DNA from: an uncultured Chitinophagales bacterium
Lineage (GTDB): Bacteria > Bacteroidota > Ignavibacteria > UBA10030 > UBA6906
Direction of reading: 5' to 3'
NCBI GenBank assembly: GCA_964538485.1
Contig: CAZIHJ010000003.1
Span: 3,097-67,096, forward strand
DNA length: 64,000 bases
Shown in pieces: positions 18,046-27,498 of the stretch (its first letter is position 1; each line of letters opens with the position of its first letter). The translations under genes were made by a program, and so were the position numbers. A model generated the notes under the pieces. The model worked only from the letters and a program-made list of their open reading frames with translations, did no database searches and was not told the DNA's origin.

Positions 18046-19710
18046 ATGCAGCATAATGTAACAACGAAGAATATCAAAGCCCTTCGCGGCACCACCCTCT
18101 CCTGCAAAGGCTGGATACAGGAAGCCGCGCTGCGTATGCTGATGAATAATCTTGACCCCGACGTTGCAGAAAAGCCCGATGAGTTGATCGTCTATGGCGG
18201 TGTGGGTAAAGCTGCGCGCAATTGGGAATGCTACGATGCAATCGTGCGAACCTTAAAGAACTTGGAAAACGATGAGACCCTGCTCGTCCAATCCGGCAAG
18301 CCGGTGGGTATTTTCAAAACGCACGAGAACGCTCCCCGAGTGCTTATCTCCAACAGTATGCTCGTCCCCAAATGGGCGACATGGGATGAGTTCCGTCGAC
18401 TCGAAGCTCTCGGTCTCACGATGTACGGTCAGATGACCGCAGGAAGCTGGATTTACATCGGCACACAGGGGATTCTGCAAGGGACGTATGAGACCTTTGC
18501 AGCGTGCGCTGAGAGATACTTCGGTGGAACCCTTGCAGGCAGACTCCTCGTCACTGCCGGACTCGGCGGCATGGGCGGCGCGCAACCTCTCGCTGCAACG
18601 ATGAATGGTGCTGCATGCCTTGCGATTGAAGTTGATCGCTCACGCATCGAGAAGAGACTGAAGACTGGATACGTCGATGAGATGGCAACATCGCTCGATG
18701 AGGCGTTGCTCATTCTGCAGACGGCCAAAGAGCTGAAGGAAGCCAAGTCCGTTGCTCTGCTTGCGAATGCTGCCGAAGTGTTGCCGGAGCTCCTTGCCCG
18801 TAACATCGCAGTAGATATTCTCACCGATCAAACTTCTGCGCATGATACACTCAACGGTTACGTCCCTGCCCACATATCGTATGAAGCAGCGCTTGGCCTC
18901 CGCAAATCAGATCCTAAGAAGTATGTGCAACTTGCTCAGGAGTCCATCGTTGAACATGTACAGGCCATGCTGGGCCTACAGAGAAAAGGGGCAATAACGT
19001 TCGATTACGGCAATAATATCCGCGGTGAAGCTCTGGCCAACGGCTTGACCAATGCGTTTGATATCCCGGGCTTCGTGCCTGAGTATATTCGACCGCTGTT
19101 TTGCGACGGCAAAGGGCCGTTCCGTTGGGCCGCTTTGTCCGGTGAGCCGGAGGATATTTATCGAACCGACCGGGCAATTCTCGAGACGTTTCCGGAGAAC
19201 AAGCCCCTCTGTCGCTGGATAGAGAAAGCACAGAAGCAGATACACTTCCAGGGGTTGCCGGCGCGGATTTGCTGGCTCGGTTACGGTGAGCGGGCAAAGA
19301 TGGGGAAGATATTCAACGATCTTGTCGCGCGGGGCGAAGTGAAAGCACCGATTGTTATCGGCCGCGATCATCTGGACTGTGGCTCCGTTGCTTCTCCGAA
19401 CCGCGAGACCGAGAAGATGAAAGACGGTAGTGATGCCATTGCCGATTGGCCCATCCTGAATGCTTTGCTCAATGCCGTCGGTGGAGCAAGCTGGGTAAGT
19501 GTGCATCACGGTGGCGGCGTAGGCATGGGGCTTTCGATTCACGCGGGCATGGTTGTCGTCGCCGATGGCACCAAAGAAGCAGAGGCAAGATTGCAGCGTG
19601 TGCTGACATATGATCCTGGAATGGGAATTATCCGTCATGCGGATGCAGGATATGAACGAGCGATTGAAAATGCGAAGAGTCAGGGTGTGAACGTGCCGAT
19701 GATGAAATGA
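18046..19710 (+). CDS. hutU: urocanate hydratase
   Basis: 554 aa with the conserved urocanase NAD-binding region ([12 protein letters not shown]). Confidence 0.9.
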   Translation: MQHNVTTKNIKALRGTTLSCKGWIQEAALRMLMNNLDPDVAEKPDELIVYGGVGKAARNWECYDAIVRTLKNLENDETLLVQSGKPVGIFKTHENAPRVLISNSMLVPKWATWDEFRRLEALGLTMYGQMTAGSWIYIGTQGILQGTYETFAACAERYFGGTLAGRLLVTAGLGGMGGAQPLAATMNGAACLAIEVDRSRIEKRLKTGYVDEMATSLDEALLILQTAKELKEAKSVALLANAAEVLPELLARNIAVDILTDQTSAHDTLNGYVPAHISYEAALGLRKSDPKKYVQLAQESIVEHVQAMLGLQRKGAITFDYGNNIRGEALANGLTNAFDIPGFVPEYIRPLFCDGKGPFRWAALSGEPEDIYRTDRAILETFPENKPLCRWIEKAQKQIHFQGLPARICWLGYGERAKMGKIFNDLVARGEVKAPIVIGRDHLDCGSVASPNRETEKMKDGSDAIADWPILNALLNAVGGASWVSVHHGGGVGMGLSIHAGMVVVADGTKEAEARLQRVLTYDPGMGIIRHADAGYERAIENAKSQGVNVPMMK

Positions 19711-19728
19711 TCCACGAAGGACACGAAG
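19711..19728 (+). repeat. left arm of a perfect 18-bp inverted repeat (TCCACGAAGGACACGAAG) flanking the GxxExxY gene
   Basis: Its reverse complement is present at 20173-20190. The left arm lies inside a three-fold CACGAAG iteration. Confidence 0.8.
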
Positions 19729-19753
19729 AAGCACGAAGGTGTAGAATAACGAT

Positions 19754-20152
19754 ATGTCGACCACGAACACTTCAGATGTTCATTTACTGTTTAAGGAAGA
19801 AGTGTTTAGTCTGATCGGGGCGGCAATTGACGTGCATAGAGAACTCGGCACAGGATTTCTGGAAGCTGTCTATCACGAAGCACTTGAGATCGAATTACGT
19901 TCACGGAACATTCCATATGAATCTCAGAAGTGCCTACCGATCTCTTATAAAGGGACTCGACTGCGTAAGGAGTATGTCGCTGACTTCCTTATCTTTGATA
20001 AGATAATTGTTGAACTGAAGGCGCTCGACCGACTATCAGGCATTGAAGAAGCTCAGATATTAAATTATCTCAAAGCATCAGGCTTGAAGGTTGGGGTACT
20101 CATCAACTTTGGATCAGTGGGGAAACTCGAATGGAAACGTTTCATCAAATAA
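19754..20152 (+). CDS. GxxExxY protein (PD-(D/E)XK-like, TIGR04256 family)
   Basis: GTGFLEAVYHEAL motif, 132 aa. The gene is visibly AT-richer than its flanks. Confidence 0.8.
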   Translation: MSTTNTSDVHLLFKEEVFSLIGAAIDVHRELGTGFLEAVYHEALEIELRSRNIPYESQKCLPISYKGTRLRKEYVADFLIFDKIIVELKALDRLSGIEEAQILNYLKASGLKVGVLINFGSVGKLEWKRFIK

Positions 20153-20172
20153 TCCCATTTGTCTTTGTGTCC

Positions 20173-20190
20173 CTTCGTGTCCTTCGTGGA
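20173..20190 (-). repeat. right arm of the 18-bp inverted repeat
   Basis: CTTCGTGTCCTTCGTGGA is the reverse complement of 19711-19728. Confidence 0.8.
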
Positions 20191-20379
20191 AAAGCTCATG
20201 TCGAGTGACAATGTTGGGCTATGCCGTCTGTGCCGGTATGTAGATACTATCATGAGTCCCAGAGGAAGTACATTCTATCTATGTACTCTCTCCCAAACGG
20301 ACACACGCTTCCCCAGGTATCCCCGTCTACCGATGCTGGAGTGTCCGGGTTTTGAACGACAGAATACAATCGAAAGCAA

Positions 20380-21738
20380 ATGAAACCACTCGCCAGGGTC
20401 GGAACATATCTCAAGAAGGAAGCCGGGGAAATCCAATCCTCGGTACAAGGCGTCGTCTCCGACGCGAAGCAATCGTGGCAACGGCAGTCGGCAGATACGG
20501 TTGGTAAGCGACTCAATAGTCCGCCGTTCATTGATCCGATCAAGCTTAGAAGGATCATCCTCACTATCATCAAGGTGCTTATTGCGTTGGAAATTATCGG
20601 TGCGATTGCAGAGGGGGCAAGCACTGACAATTGGTCTCGCTTCGGATTTGATCTGATCATAGCCGGTATTCTCTATTTCATGTGGGAGAGGATAACGGTG
20701 ATCGCAAAGCAAAAGAAGGAGGCGTATCGACGTAAAATGGAATCCCCCAGCAGCCAGACGAAGCTCTGGGACGCGTTCGTCTTTTCCCTCCTCTGGACTG
20801 ATGAGATTTATGCTGACTTTCCCGATGACAGAAAGCGCCTTGTTGCGATAAGCTACACGCTCATAACTCTTGGCCTCATTGTGGCCTATCTTGAGATAGG
20901 CACTGGTTTGATGGCACTGATTGTCGCCGGTTGTCTGGTACTCGGTGCAGTCAATCTGCTCAGTTGGGTGGTGTCGCGGGAACGAGGCGAGCGCGAGACT
21001 CTGCAAACAGAACTCAAGCTCGCCCACGATGTGCAGGTCTCTTTGATGCCGGCGCACTGTCCCCCGGTCTCCGGTTTTGATATTGCAGGAAAGTCGCTTC
21101 CAGCGAAGGTGGTGGGCGGCGATCATTTCGACTTCTCCCACCTTGGTGGTGGAACTACAGACTTCGGCATCAGTATCTTTGACGTTTCGGGAAAAGGGAT
21201 GCATGCGGCAATGTCGGCGGTGTTCACAACAGGTGCATTTGTCAGTGAATCCCGACAAGCATCCTCGCCTGCAGAAATCCTCACCCGCTTGAACAAATCC
21301 GTGTACAAGTATTCACGCCGCGGCCATTTTGTGACGTTCCTCCTCGGACTGATTGATGTAGCCCCAAAGTCGTTCACGTTTGCAAATGCTGGACAGATTA
21401 AACCTCTGCTCTGTCGAGACGGCACAGTTGAGTGGCTCAATGCCAACGGCGCAACATTCCCTCTGGGGATGACTGAAGACGCGACGTATCAGGAACGTTC
21501 AATACAACTCACTCCGGGGAGTATCTTGCTCCTTATGACGGATGGATTCACTGAGGCGATGAATATCAGAGATGAGCAATACGGATCCGAACGTCTCGAT
21601 CAATTTGTAAAACAACTTGCGGCCTCGACTCTTTCGGCTGGCCAGATACTTGAAGCAATCACGAAGGAAGTGCAGGCATTCGTTGGTCAAGCTGAACAAC
21701 ACGACGATATGACGATGGTGGTGGTAAAAGTGGAGTAA
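20380..21738 (+). CDS. membrane-anchored PP2C-family serine phosphatase (SpoIIE/RsbU-like)
   Basis: Several N-terminal TM helices, then a PPM domain (GGDHFDF, DVSGKGMHAAM, LLLMTDGFTEA, HDDMTMVVV). Confidence 0.75.
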   Translation: MKPLARVGTYLKKEAGEIQSSVQGVVSDAKQSWQRQSADTVGKRLNSPPFIDPIKLRRIILTIIKVLIALEIIGAIAEGASTDNWSRFGFDLIIAGILYFMWERITVIAKQKKEAYRRKMESPSSQTKLWDAFVFSLLWTDEIYADFPDDRKRLVAISYTLITLGLIVAYLEIGTGLMALIVAGCLVLGAVNLLSWVVSRERGERETLQTELKLAHDVQVSLMPAHCPPVSGFDIAGKSLPAKVVGGDHFDFSHLGGGTTDFGISIFDVSGKGMHAAMSAVFTTGAFVSESRQASSPAEILTRLNKSVYKYSRRGHFVTFLLGLIDVAPKSFTFANAGQIKPLLCRDGTVEWLNANGATFPLGMTEDATYQERSIQLTPGSILLLMTDGFTEAMNIRDEQYGSERLDQFVKQLAASTLSAGQILEAITKEVQAFVGQAEQHDDMTMVVVKVE

Positions 21739-21742
21739 TGGA

Positions 21743-22897
21743 ATGAATTGGGGCAATAGAGAATTGGAAAGATGGAGTGATGGGATACTATGTGTGATGT
21801 CCGTGTGTGTGTTCCTTTCTTCTTATGCGGTCTCTGCACAGACCAACTCGAACTTTGATGTCAGACTCTCGCTCAACATGGAGTCGGCAGAAAAGACTGT
21901 GGAGTTGTATGAAGGACGTTCAGGAAGACCGGAGGATGTGGCGACGCTCAGAGGCAGCATGGTCGCGTTGGCAACGGCGGAACTTCTGGCACAGAAGACG
22001 TTCGGCATTGATCATCTGATCGAGAATCTCACGGATGCGAAGTTTGGTCAACGCTCCGAAGGAGATGTCTACGGAATGGGCGAGGCAAGAATCCAGGCAC
22101 CTGCGATGAGGGAATTGTTGGATGAAATCAAGCGCCGGAATTTCGGACGTCGTGTTGTGGGGACGGTGGAGCAGTTGTTTCCCGTCGATACTGAAATCTC
22201 CACGTCGATTCCGGTCTTCTTTGTTGCGTTTGGTCACGCCAACATTGACGCGTTCGTTCGTCGTGTTGTCTGGCGCGGAGACGTACCAGTCTTTGTTGGT
22301 GAAGGGGAAGGTGAACTGACCATCGTGGTGAATCTCGGCAAGGCAGTTCACTATGGCAGAAACCTCGAAGAGAGGTTCGTTGGGACGCTTGCGGTTGTTG
22401 CGCACGAGGTGTTTCATGCCGCATTCGGTGTGTTGCAGGACTCATCCCCGGTCTGGAAAAAGTACTATGCCACGCACGACACGTATCTGGACCGGCTTCT
22501 CGAACTCACACACAATGAAGGCATCGCGCATTATCTTTCATTCGAGCAGCGTTCGCGTGGATATCTTCCCCAGGATTGGGATCAACGTATCAATTCCTCT
22601 TTCGAGGAATTCAACAAGAATGCGTCCGAGTTGCTTTCTGCCCGAACATCCCCGCGACGCGCTGGTGAGATCATCCGTGCATCCAACACATCTGAGTACT
22701 GGGAAAGTTACGGTGCCATTACCGGGTTGTTTGTAGCCCGACAAATCGATCTGACACTGGGACGCCAGGCCCTTGCCGCGTCTACAGCGCTTGGACCCGG
22801 AGAATTCTTCGGCAAGTATATCGAATTGACACAATCCAATAACGGCCTTCCAAAGCTCTCACCAGTGATTGTACAGCGGCTAAAAGCGTCCCCGTAA
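21743..22897 (+). CDS. secreted HExxH protein, Peptidase_MA_2/DUF2268-like putative zinc peptidase
   Basis: Signal peptide; VVAHEVFHAAF ... NEGIAHY arranged like a gluzincin. Begins 5 nt after the phosphatase stop. Confidence 0.45.
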   Translation: MNWGNRELERWSDGILCVMSVCVFLSSYAVSAQTNSNFDVRLSLNMESAEKTVELYEGRSGRPEDVATLRGSMVALATAELLAQKTFGIDHLIENLTDAKFGQRSEGDVYGMGEARIQAPAMRELLDEIKRRNFGRRVVGTVEQLFPVDTEISTSIPVFFVAFGHANIDAFVRRVVWRGDVPVFVGEGEGELTIVVNLGKAVHYGRNLEERFVGTLAVVAHEVFHAAFGVLQDSSPVWKKYYATHDTYLDRLLELTHNEGIAHYLSFEQRSRGYLPQDWDQRINSSFEEFNKNASELLSARTSPRRAGEIIRASNTSEYWESYGAITGLFVARQIDLTLGRQALAASTALGPGEFFGKYIELTQSNNGLPKLSPVIVQRLKASP

Positions 22898-23002
22898 GCG
22901 GTTCATCTGTTTGCTGTTGCCACCCTTTTTCGTATCTTTCTATCGTGTTTCATCGACCCCGAACCTGAGGTTCGGGCATTCACTCCCGTTGATTAAGGCG
23001 CG

Positions 23003-24247
23003 TTGAACCTATTCATCAAGAACATTTCCCAGCTCGTCACAGTTGCATCTGGCGGTCAGCGTGTCAAAACCGGTAATGCAATGCGCGATGTTGGCGTGAT
23101 CAGGAATGCCGGTGTATTATGTACCGGAGGGAAAATTACCTGGGTCGGCGAAATGAGCGCATTCCCCCAATCGCTTGCTGGGAATACTCCAGAACTGGAT
23201 GCAACGGGCAAGGTGGTTTTTCCGGGGTTCGTGGATTCACACACGCATATGATGTTTGCCGGAAACCGCGCTCATGAGTTTGCACTGAGGACAACAGGAG
23301 CGACATATCAGCAAATAGCAGATCAGGGTGGAGGCATCCTCAACACCATCACGCATGTCCGGACAGCAACAAAGAGGGAGCTCAAACGCTCCACCGCACG
23401 GTACCTCACCGAGATGATGAAACATGGAACGACAACGGTTGAAATCAAGTCGGGGTACGGGCTGACCATGGACGCCGAGATCAAAATGCTTGAGGCGATC
23501 AACGAACTCAAGACCGAAGAAATGATGACCGTGGTGCCGACATTTATCGGGGCGCATGCAGTTCCGCCGGAGTACAAGCAGAACAAGGCGGAGTATGTCC
23601 GACTTGTGGTCGAACAAATGATTCCTTATGTCGGACGCAAAGGGCTCGCCACGTTCAGCGACGTGTTCTGCGAAAAAGGATATTTTGAGATTGAAGACAC
23701 GGAGCGCATTGCGATTGCTTCGAAGCAGAACGGTATGGCCGTCAAGCTTCATGCCGAGGAACTCTCCTCGCTTGGAGGTGCTGAACTCGCAGCGCGCCTT
23801 GAGGCGACCTCGGCAGACCACCTTGAGCATGTAACACCCGAGGGCATTGCCGCGCTCAGGAAGGCGGGCGTTGTGGCAACATTGCTTCCCGGTGTCTCGT
23901 TTTTCCTGAACCACGGCTATGCTCCGGCCCGCGCACTGATTGACGGGGGCGCGCCAGTCGCTATTGCAAGCGATTTCAATCCGGGTTCGTGTATGTCGTT
24001 TTCTATGCCGTTGATGATGACCATTGCTTGCACACAAATGCGTATGACCCCGGAAGAGGCAATCACGGCCTCCACGTTGAATGCCGCCGCGGCGCTGAAT
24101 CTATCCGCTACGACAGGAAGTATTGAAGTCGGGAAAAATGCTGATCTGGCAATTGCGGACATCCCTGACTATACCTTCCTTGCATATCATTTTGGGATGA
24201 ATCATGTAGTCACGGTGGTCAAGAACGGCACCATTCTCGAACTGTAA
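23003..24247 (+). CDS. hutI: imidazolonepropionase
   Basis: 414-aa amidohydrolase with GFVDSHTHMMFAG and KLHAEE motifs. Probable TTG start. Confidence 0.85.
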   Translation: MNLFIKNISQLVTVASGGQRVKTGNAMRDVGVIRNAGVLCTGGKITWVGEMSAFPQSLAGNTPELDATGKVVFPGFVDSHTHMMFAGNRAHEFALRTTGATYQQIADQGGGILNTITHVRTATKRELKRSTARYLTEMMKHGTTTVEIKSGYGLTMDAEIKMLEAINELKTEEMMTVVPTFIGAHAVPPEYKQNKAEYVRLVVEQMIPYVGRKGLATFSDVFCEKGYFEIEDTERIAIASKQNGMAVKLHAEELSSLGGAELAARLEATSADHLEHVTPEGIAALRKAGVVATLLPGVSFFLNHGYAPARALIDGGAPVAIASDFNPGSCMSFSMPLMMTIACTQMRMTPEEAITASTLNAAAALNLSATTGSIEVGKNADLAIADIPDYTFLAYHFGMNHVVTVVKNGTILEL

Positions 24248-24264
24248 ACCATAACGGAATTGTT

Positions 24265-25284
24265 ATGCCACGCATAGTTGAATGTGTCCCCAATTTCAGC
24301 GAAGGACAGAACATCAAGATCATCAATGCGATTGGTGGGGCAATCAGTTCCGTTGCCGGGGTGAAGTTCATAAGTGCTGAACCCGACAAGGATTACAATC
24401 GTACCGTTGTCACGTTCATTGGCGAGCCGGATGCTGTTGTTGATGCAGCGTTTGCAGCGACACGGAAGGCAGCGGAGTTGATTGACATGACAACCCAGAA
24501 GGGGAAGCACCCGCGCCTCGGTGCCACCGATGTCGTACCCTTCGTCCCGATCTCCGGTGTAACGATGGAAGAATGTGTTCAACTTGCTCATCGTTTCGGA
24601 AAGCGGGTGGGGGAAGAACTGAAGATTCCGGTCTATTTGTATGAAGAAGCAGCGACGCGACCGGAACGCCGCAACCTTTCCACAATCCGCAAAGGCGAAT
24701 ACGAGGGCCTTGCAGCGAAACTTCAGGACCCGGTGTGGGTTCCGGATTATGGAGCGGCCGCATTCAATGCGAAATCAGGCGCAACGGTGACGGGTGCGAG
24801 AATGTTCCTCATCGCGTATAATGTTAACCTGGATACTGCTGATGCAGAGATCGCACAAGAGATTGCGTTGACGATTCGTGAAAGCGGACGTGTGAAAAAG
24901 GATGATGCGGGCAATCCAATTGTGGATGCTCAGGGAAGGAAAGTGAGCATTCCCGGAACACTCAAAGCCATCAAGGCCATGGGAGTACCCCTCGAGGCGC
25001 ATAACATCGCTCAGGTGTCGGTGAATGTCGTGAATTATCACATCACACCTCCGCATATTGTCTTTGAAGAAGTGAAGAAACACGCTGCCAAACTTGGTGT
25101 GAAGGTTACCGGAAGCGAAATAGTCGGGCTAACACCGATGGAAGCTCTGGTGATTGCAGGAAGACACTATACCCCGCAGGCGTCAAGTGATGACGAGTGT
25201 ATCACGAGTGCAAACGCTCATCTCGGACTGAGCCAATTGGAGCAGTTCGATCCGAAGAAGAAAATCATCGAATACCAATTGTAG
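24265..25284 (+). CDS. ftcD: glutamate formimidoyltransferase
   Basis: MPRIVECVPNFSEG N-terminus and FTCD transferase N and C subdomains. Confidence 0.85.
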   Translation: MPRIVECVPNFSEGQNIKIINAIGGAISSVAGVKFISAEPDKDYNRTVVTFIGEPDAVVDAAFAATRKAAELIDMTTQKGKHPRLGATDVVPFVPISGVTMEECVQLAHRFGKRVGEELKIPVYLYEEAATRPERRNLSTIRKGEYEGLAAKLQDPVWVPDYGAAAFNAKSGATVTGARMFLIAYNVNLDTADAEIAQEIALTIRESGRVKKDDAGNPIVDAQGRKVSIPGTLKAIKAMGVPLEAHNIAQVSVNVVNYHITPPHIVFEEVKKHAAKLGVKVTGSEIVGLTPMEALVIAGRHYTPQASSDDECITSANAHLGLSQLEQFDPKKKIIEYQL

Positions 25285-25292
25285 GAATTGCC

Positions 25293-25925
25293 ATGCTTGT
25301 GAACAAAACAGTGACATCGTTTCTCAATGAACTTGCCTCTCATTCGCCGGCACCGGGTGGCGGAAGCGTTGCCGCCCTTTCCGGTGCCCTTGGTGCCGCC
25401 CTGACCTCAATGGTCTGCAACCTTACCATCGGCAAGAAAAAATACGCCGATGTTGAGGGAGACATGAAAAAAGTACTCGCACAATCGGAGTCTCTCCGTG
25501 CGAAGTTCACATCGCTGGTCGACAAGGATACCGATGCATTCAACAAAGTGATGGAGGCCTACGGTCTGCCCAAGGACAATGAGTCGCAGAAAGCGCTACG
25601 TTCGGCGGCCATCCGCGAGGCAACCAAGGAAGCAACGCTGATTCCTTTGGAAGTGATGAAGCACTGCATCGACGCCATGGCACTGGTGCAGGAAGTGACC
25701 GCCAACGGGAATGCCAATTCGGTCAGTGACGCGGGAGTCAGTGCGCTGATGTTGCATGCTGCTTGCGAAGGTGCTGCACTCAACGTGCAAATCAATCTCA
25801 ACGGTCTCAACGATGCTGAATTTGTCGGTTGGAAATCAGAGGAAGTGGAATCGCTGCTCAAAACCAGCAAGATGATGCTGGAGGAAACAATGGAGGTGGT
25901 GGGAGAGAAGACAAAGAAGGAGTAA
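25293..25925 (+). CDS. formiminotetrahydrofolate cyclodeaminase (FTCD C-terminal domain homolog)
   Basis: LNELASHSPAPGGGSVAALSGALGAAL is an FTCD_C motif. The ATG at 25293 lies 8 nt after the ftcD stop; the track ORF from 25197 is an out-of-frame extension. Confidence 0.75.
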   Translation: MLVNKTVTSFLNELASHSPAPGGGSVAALSGALGAALTSMVCNLTIGKKKYADVEGDMKKVLAQSESLRAKFTSLVDKDTDAFNKVMEAYGLPKDNESQKALRSAAIREATKEATLIPLEVMKHCIDAMALVQEVTANGNANSVSDAGVSALMLHAACEGAALNVQINLNGLNDAEFVGWKSEEVESLLKTSKMMLEETMEVVGEKTKKE

Positions 25926-25927
25926 CG

Positions 25928-26707
25928 TTAACGCACTTTCCCGTCAGGTCTCATCCTGGGCGGGTCAACAGCCGACTGTGACACTTTGTTTAATGCGATC
26001 ATCCCACCCCTGATTTCCATGTGCCGTTTATGGTGCAGTACCTCATCCGAGAAGAATTCCCGTGCGTGTTTTCGTGGAACGAGCGCCGCACCGCGATTGG
26101 CTATCATCTTGACGGTATCAAGAATTTTCCGCTTTATTGATGTCTTGTCGTTGCCAACAATTCCCACCACCTCAAACTCAGGGTAGTTGCTAACAATAAA
26201 TCGCATCGCCCTCCGGATTTCCGGCCATCCGCAATCATCGAAGACAATATAGCCGCCAACTCTGACCATTTTGCTCAGGTAGAGGAAGTTCATGATGGTA
26301 AGATCGAACACATGGCCGCCGTCAACAAATGCAAGATCAAACGACCTTCCCCCGGCCATGAGCTCGGGTAACGCAATCTCTGAGGGTTTTTCAATGAACT
26401 CATAGAATCCAAAACCGGCGCGATCGAGATTTGCTATTCCAACGCCATGCCAATAAGATGATTGATAGGGATCAAGAATGACGTGATGAGGTTGCGCTTT
26501 CGTCGACAGTGCGTCGCAGATGTGCAGGGAGGAAATACCGAACGCGCACCCGACCTCAATGGTCTTCTCGATGTTCTTTGTTCGGATGAGGTTCCACAGG
26601 AAATCCCCCTCCTCCTGAGAAATCTCGCCTCGCAGTGCGTAGGAATTGCCGGTTTTATCTAGGACAGTTTTGGAAGAGACGATCTGTGTGAGTAAAGGGT
26701 GAACCAT
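25928..26707 (-). CDS. class I SAM-dependent methyltransferase (O-methyltransferase family 3 / Methyltransf_24-like)
   Basis: EVGCAFGISS (motif I) and VFDDCGW. Confidence 0.65.
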   Translation of the reverse strand: MVHPLLTQIVSSKTVLDKTGNSYALRGEISQEEGDFLWNLIRTKNIEKTIEVGCAFGISSLHICDALSTKAQPHHVILDPYQSSYWHGVGIANLDRAGFGFYEFIEKPSEIALPELMAGGRSFDLAFVDGGHVFDLTIMNFLYLSKMVRVGGYIVFDDCGWPEIRRAMRFIVSNYPEFEVVGIVGNDKTSIKRKILDTVKMIANRGAALVPRKHAREFFSDEVLHHKRHMEIRGGMIALNKVSQSAVDPPRMRPDGKVR

Positions 26708-26788
26708 TGCAGATCCCGTCGGGATGCTGAATGAGATCTTTGTTGATTCAAGAAACGTAAGCGGGAATACATAATCAACAGTGAACGG

Positions 26789-27496
26789 CTATGTGGTTCG
26801 AAGAGTGATCCCCGTTGCTATAATAGCTGCTGTTTCTGTGCGCAAACGCCGCTTTCCCAAACTTACCGGCTGGAATCCCGTGCCCATGGCGGCCTGAATT
26901 TCGTCCTCTGAAAATCCTCCTTCAGGCCCAATACAGATGAATACTTCACGAGCCAGGGGATTGGTCACATCGAACAAATACGGTGTGCTGATTGCTTCGT
27001 GTGGAATGAGTCTGAGTGTGTCCGCTGGGGCAGATCGCAATACATCGTCAAGTGTTGTCAGTGAATCGATCGTGGGGAGGACACACCGACCGGATTGTTT
27101 CATTGCGGCAAAGGCCAGTTTCTGCCATCGTTCTGTACGCGCATGGTGAGGAATGGTGCGTTGCGTGATGATTGGGATAATCCGGTTGACGCCGAGTTCA
27201 GTGCATTTCTCCACAAGAAAATCATAGTTGGATGCATTCTTGAGGACCGCAACGGCAAGTGTAAGATTGATCTCCGGTTCATGTAGTCGCCAGTGATGCT
27301 TATGTATGTCGCAGGAGGCAGAGTGTTTGTCGATGGTGATAATGAGTACGTCGTAAGCGTTGCCCCTGCCATCCACCACCGTGGTTGTGTCTCCAACCTT
27401 TCTTCGCATCACCTGCGTCAGGTGGGAGAATTCATCATCCACGATATCAAGAGTTGATCCGGAAATATGGTCAGGGGGTGTATAGAAATACTCCAT
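26789..27496 (-). CDS. rsmE: 16S rRNA (uracil1498-N3)-methyltransferase
   Basis: RsmE family, PUA-like N-terminal domain plus methyltransferase domain (GPEGGFSEDE). Confidence 0.8.
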   Translation of the reverse strand: MEYFYTPPDHISGSTLDIVDDEFSHLTQVMRRKVGDTTTVVDGRGNAYDVLIITIDKHSASCDIHKHHWRLHEPEINLTLAVAVLKNASNYDFLVEKCTELGVNRIIPIITQRTIPHHARTERWQKLAFAAMKQSGRCVLPTIDSLTTLDDVLRSAPADTLRLIPHEAISTPYLFDVTNPLAREVFICIGPEGGFSEDEIQAAMGTGFQPVSLGKRRLRTETAAIIATGITLRTT

Positions 27497-27498
27497 TG

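Noticed and set aside
18976-19770. 264-aa ORF on the minus strand, antisense to hutU
   Set aside because: It lies entirely inside the strongly conserved urocanase coding sequence on the other strand and has no recognisable motifs. High-GC antisense ORFs like this are expected artefacts.
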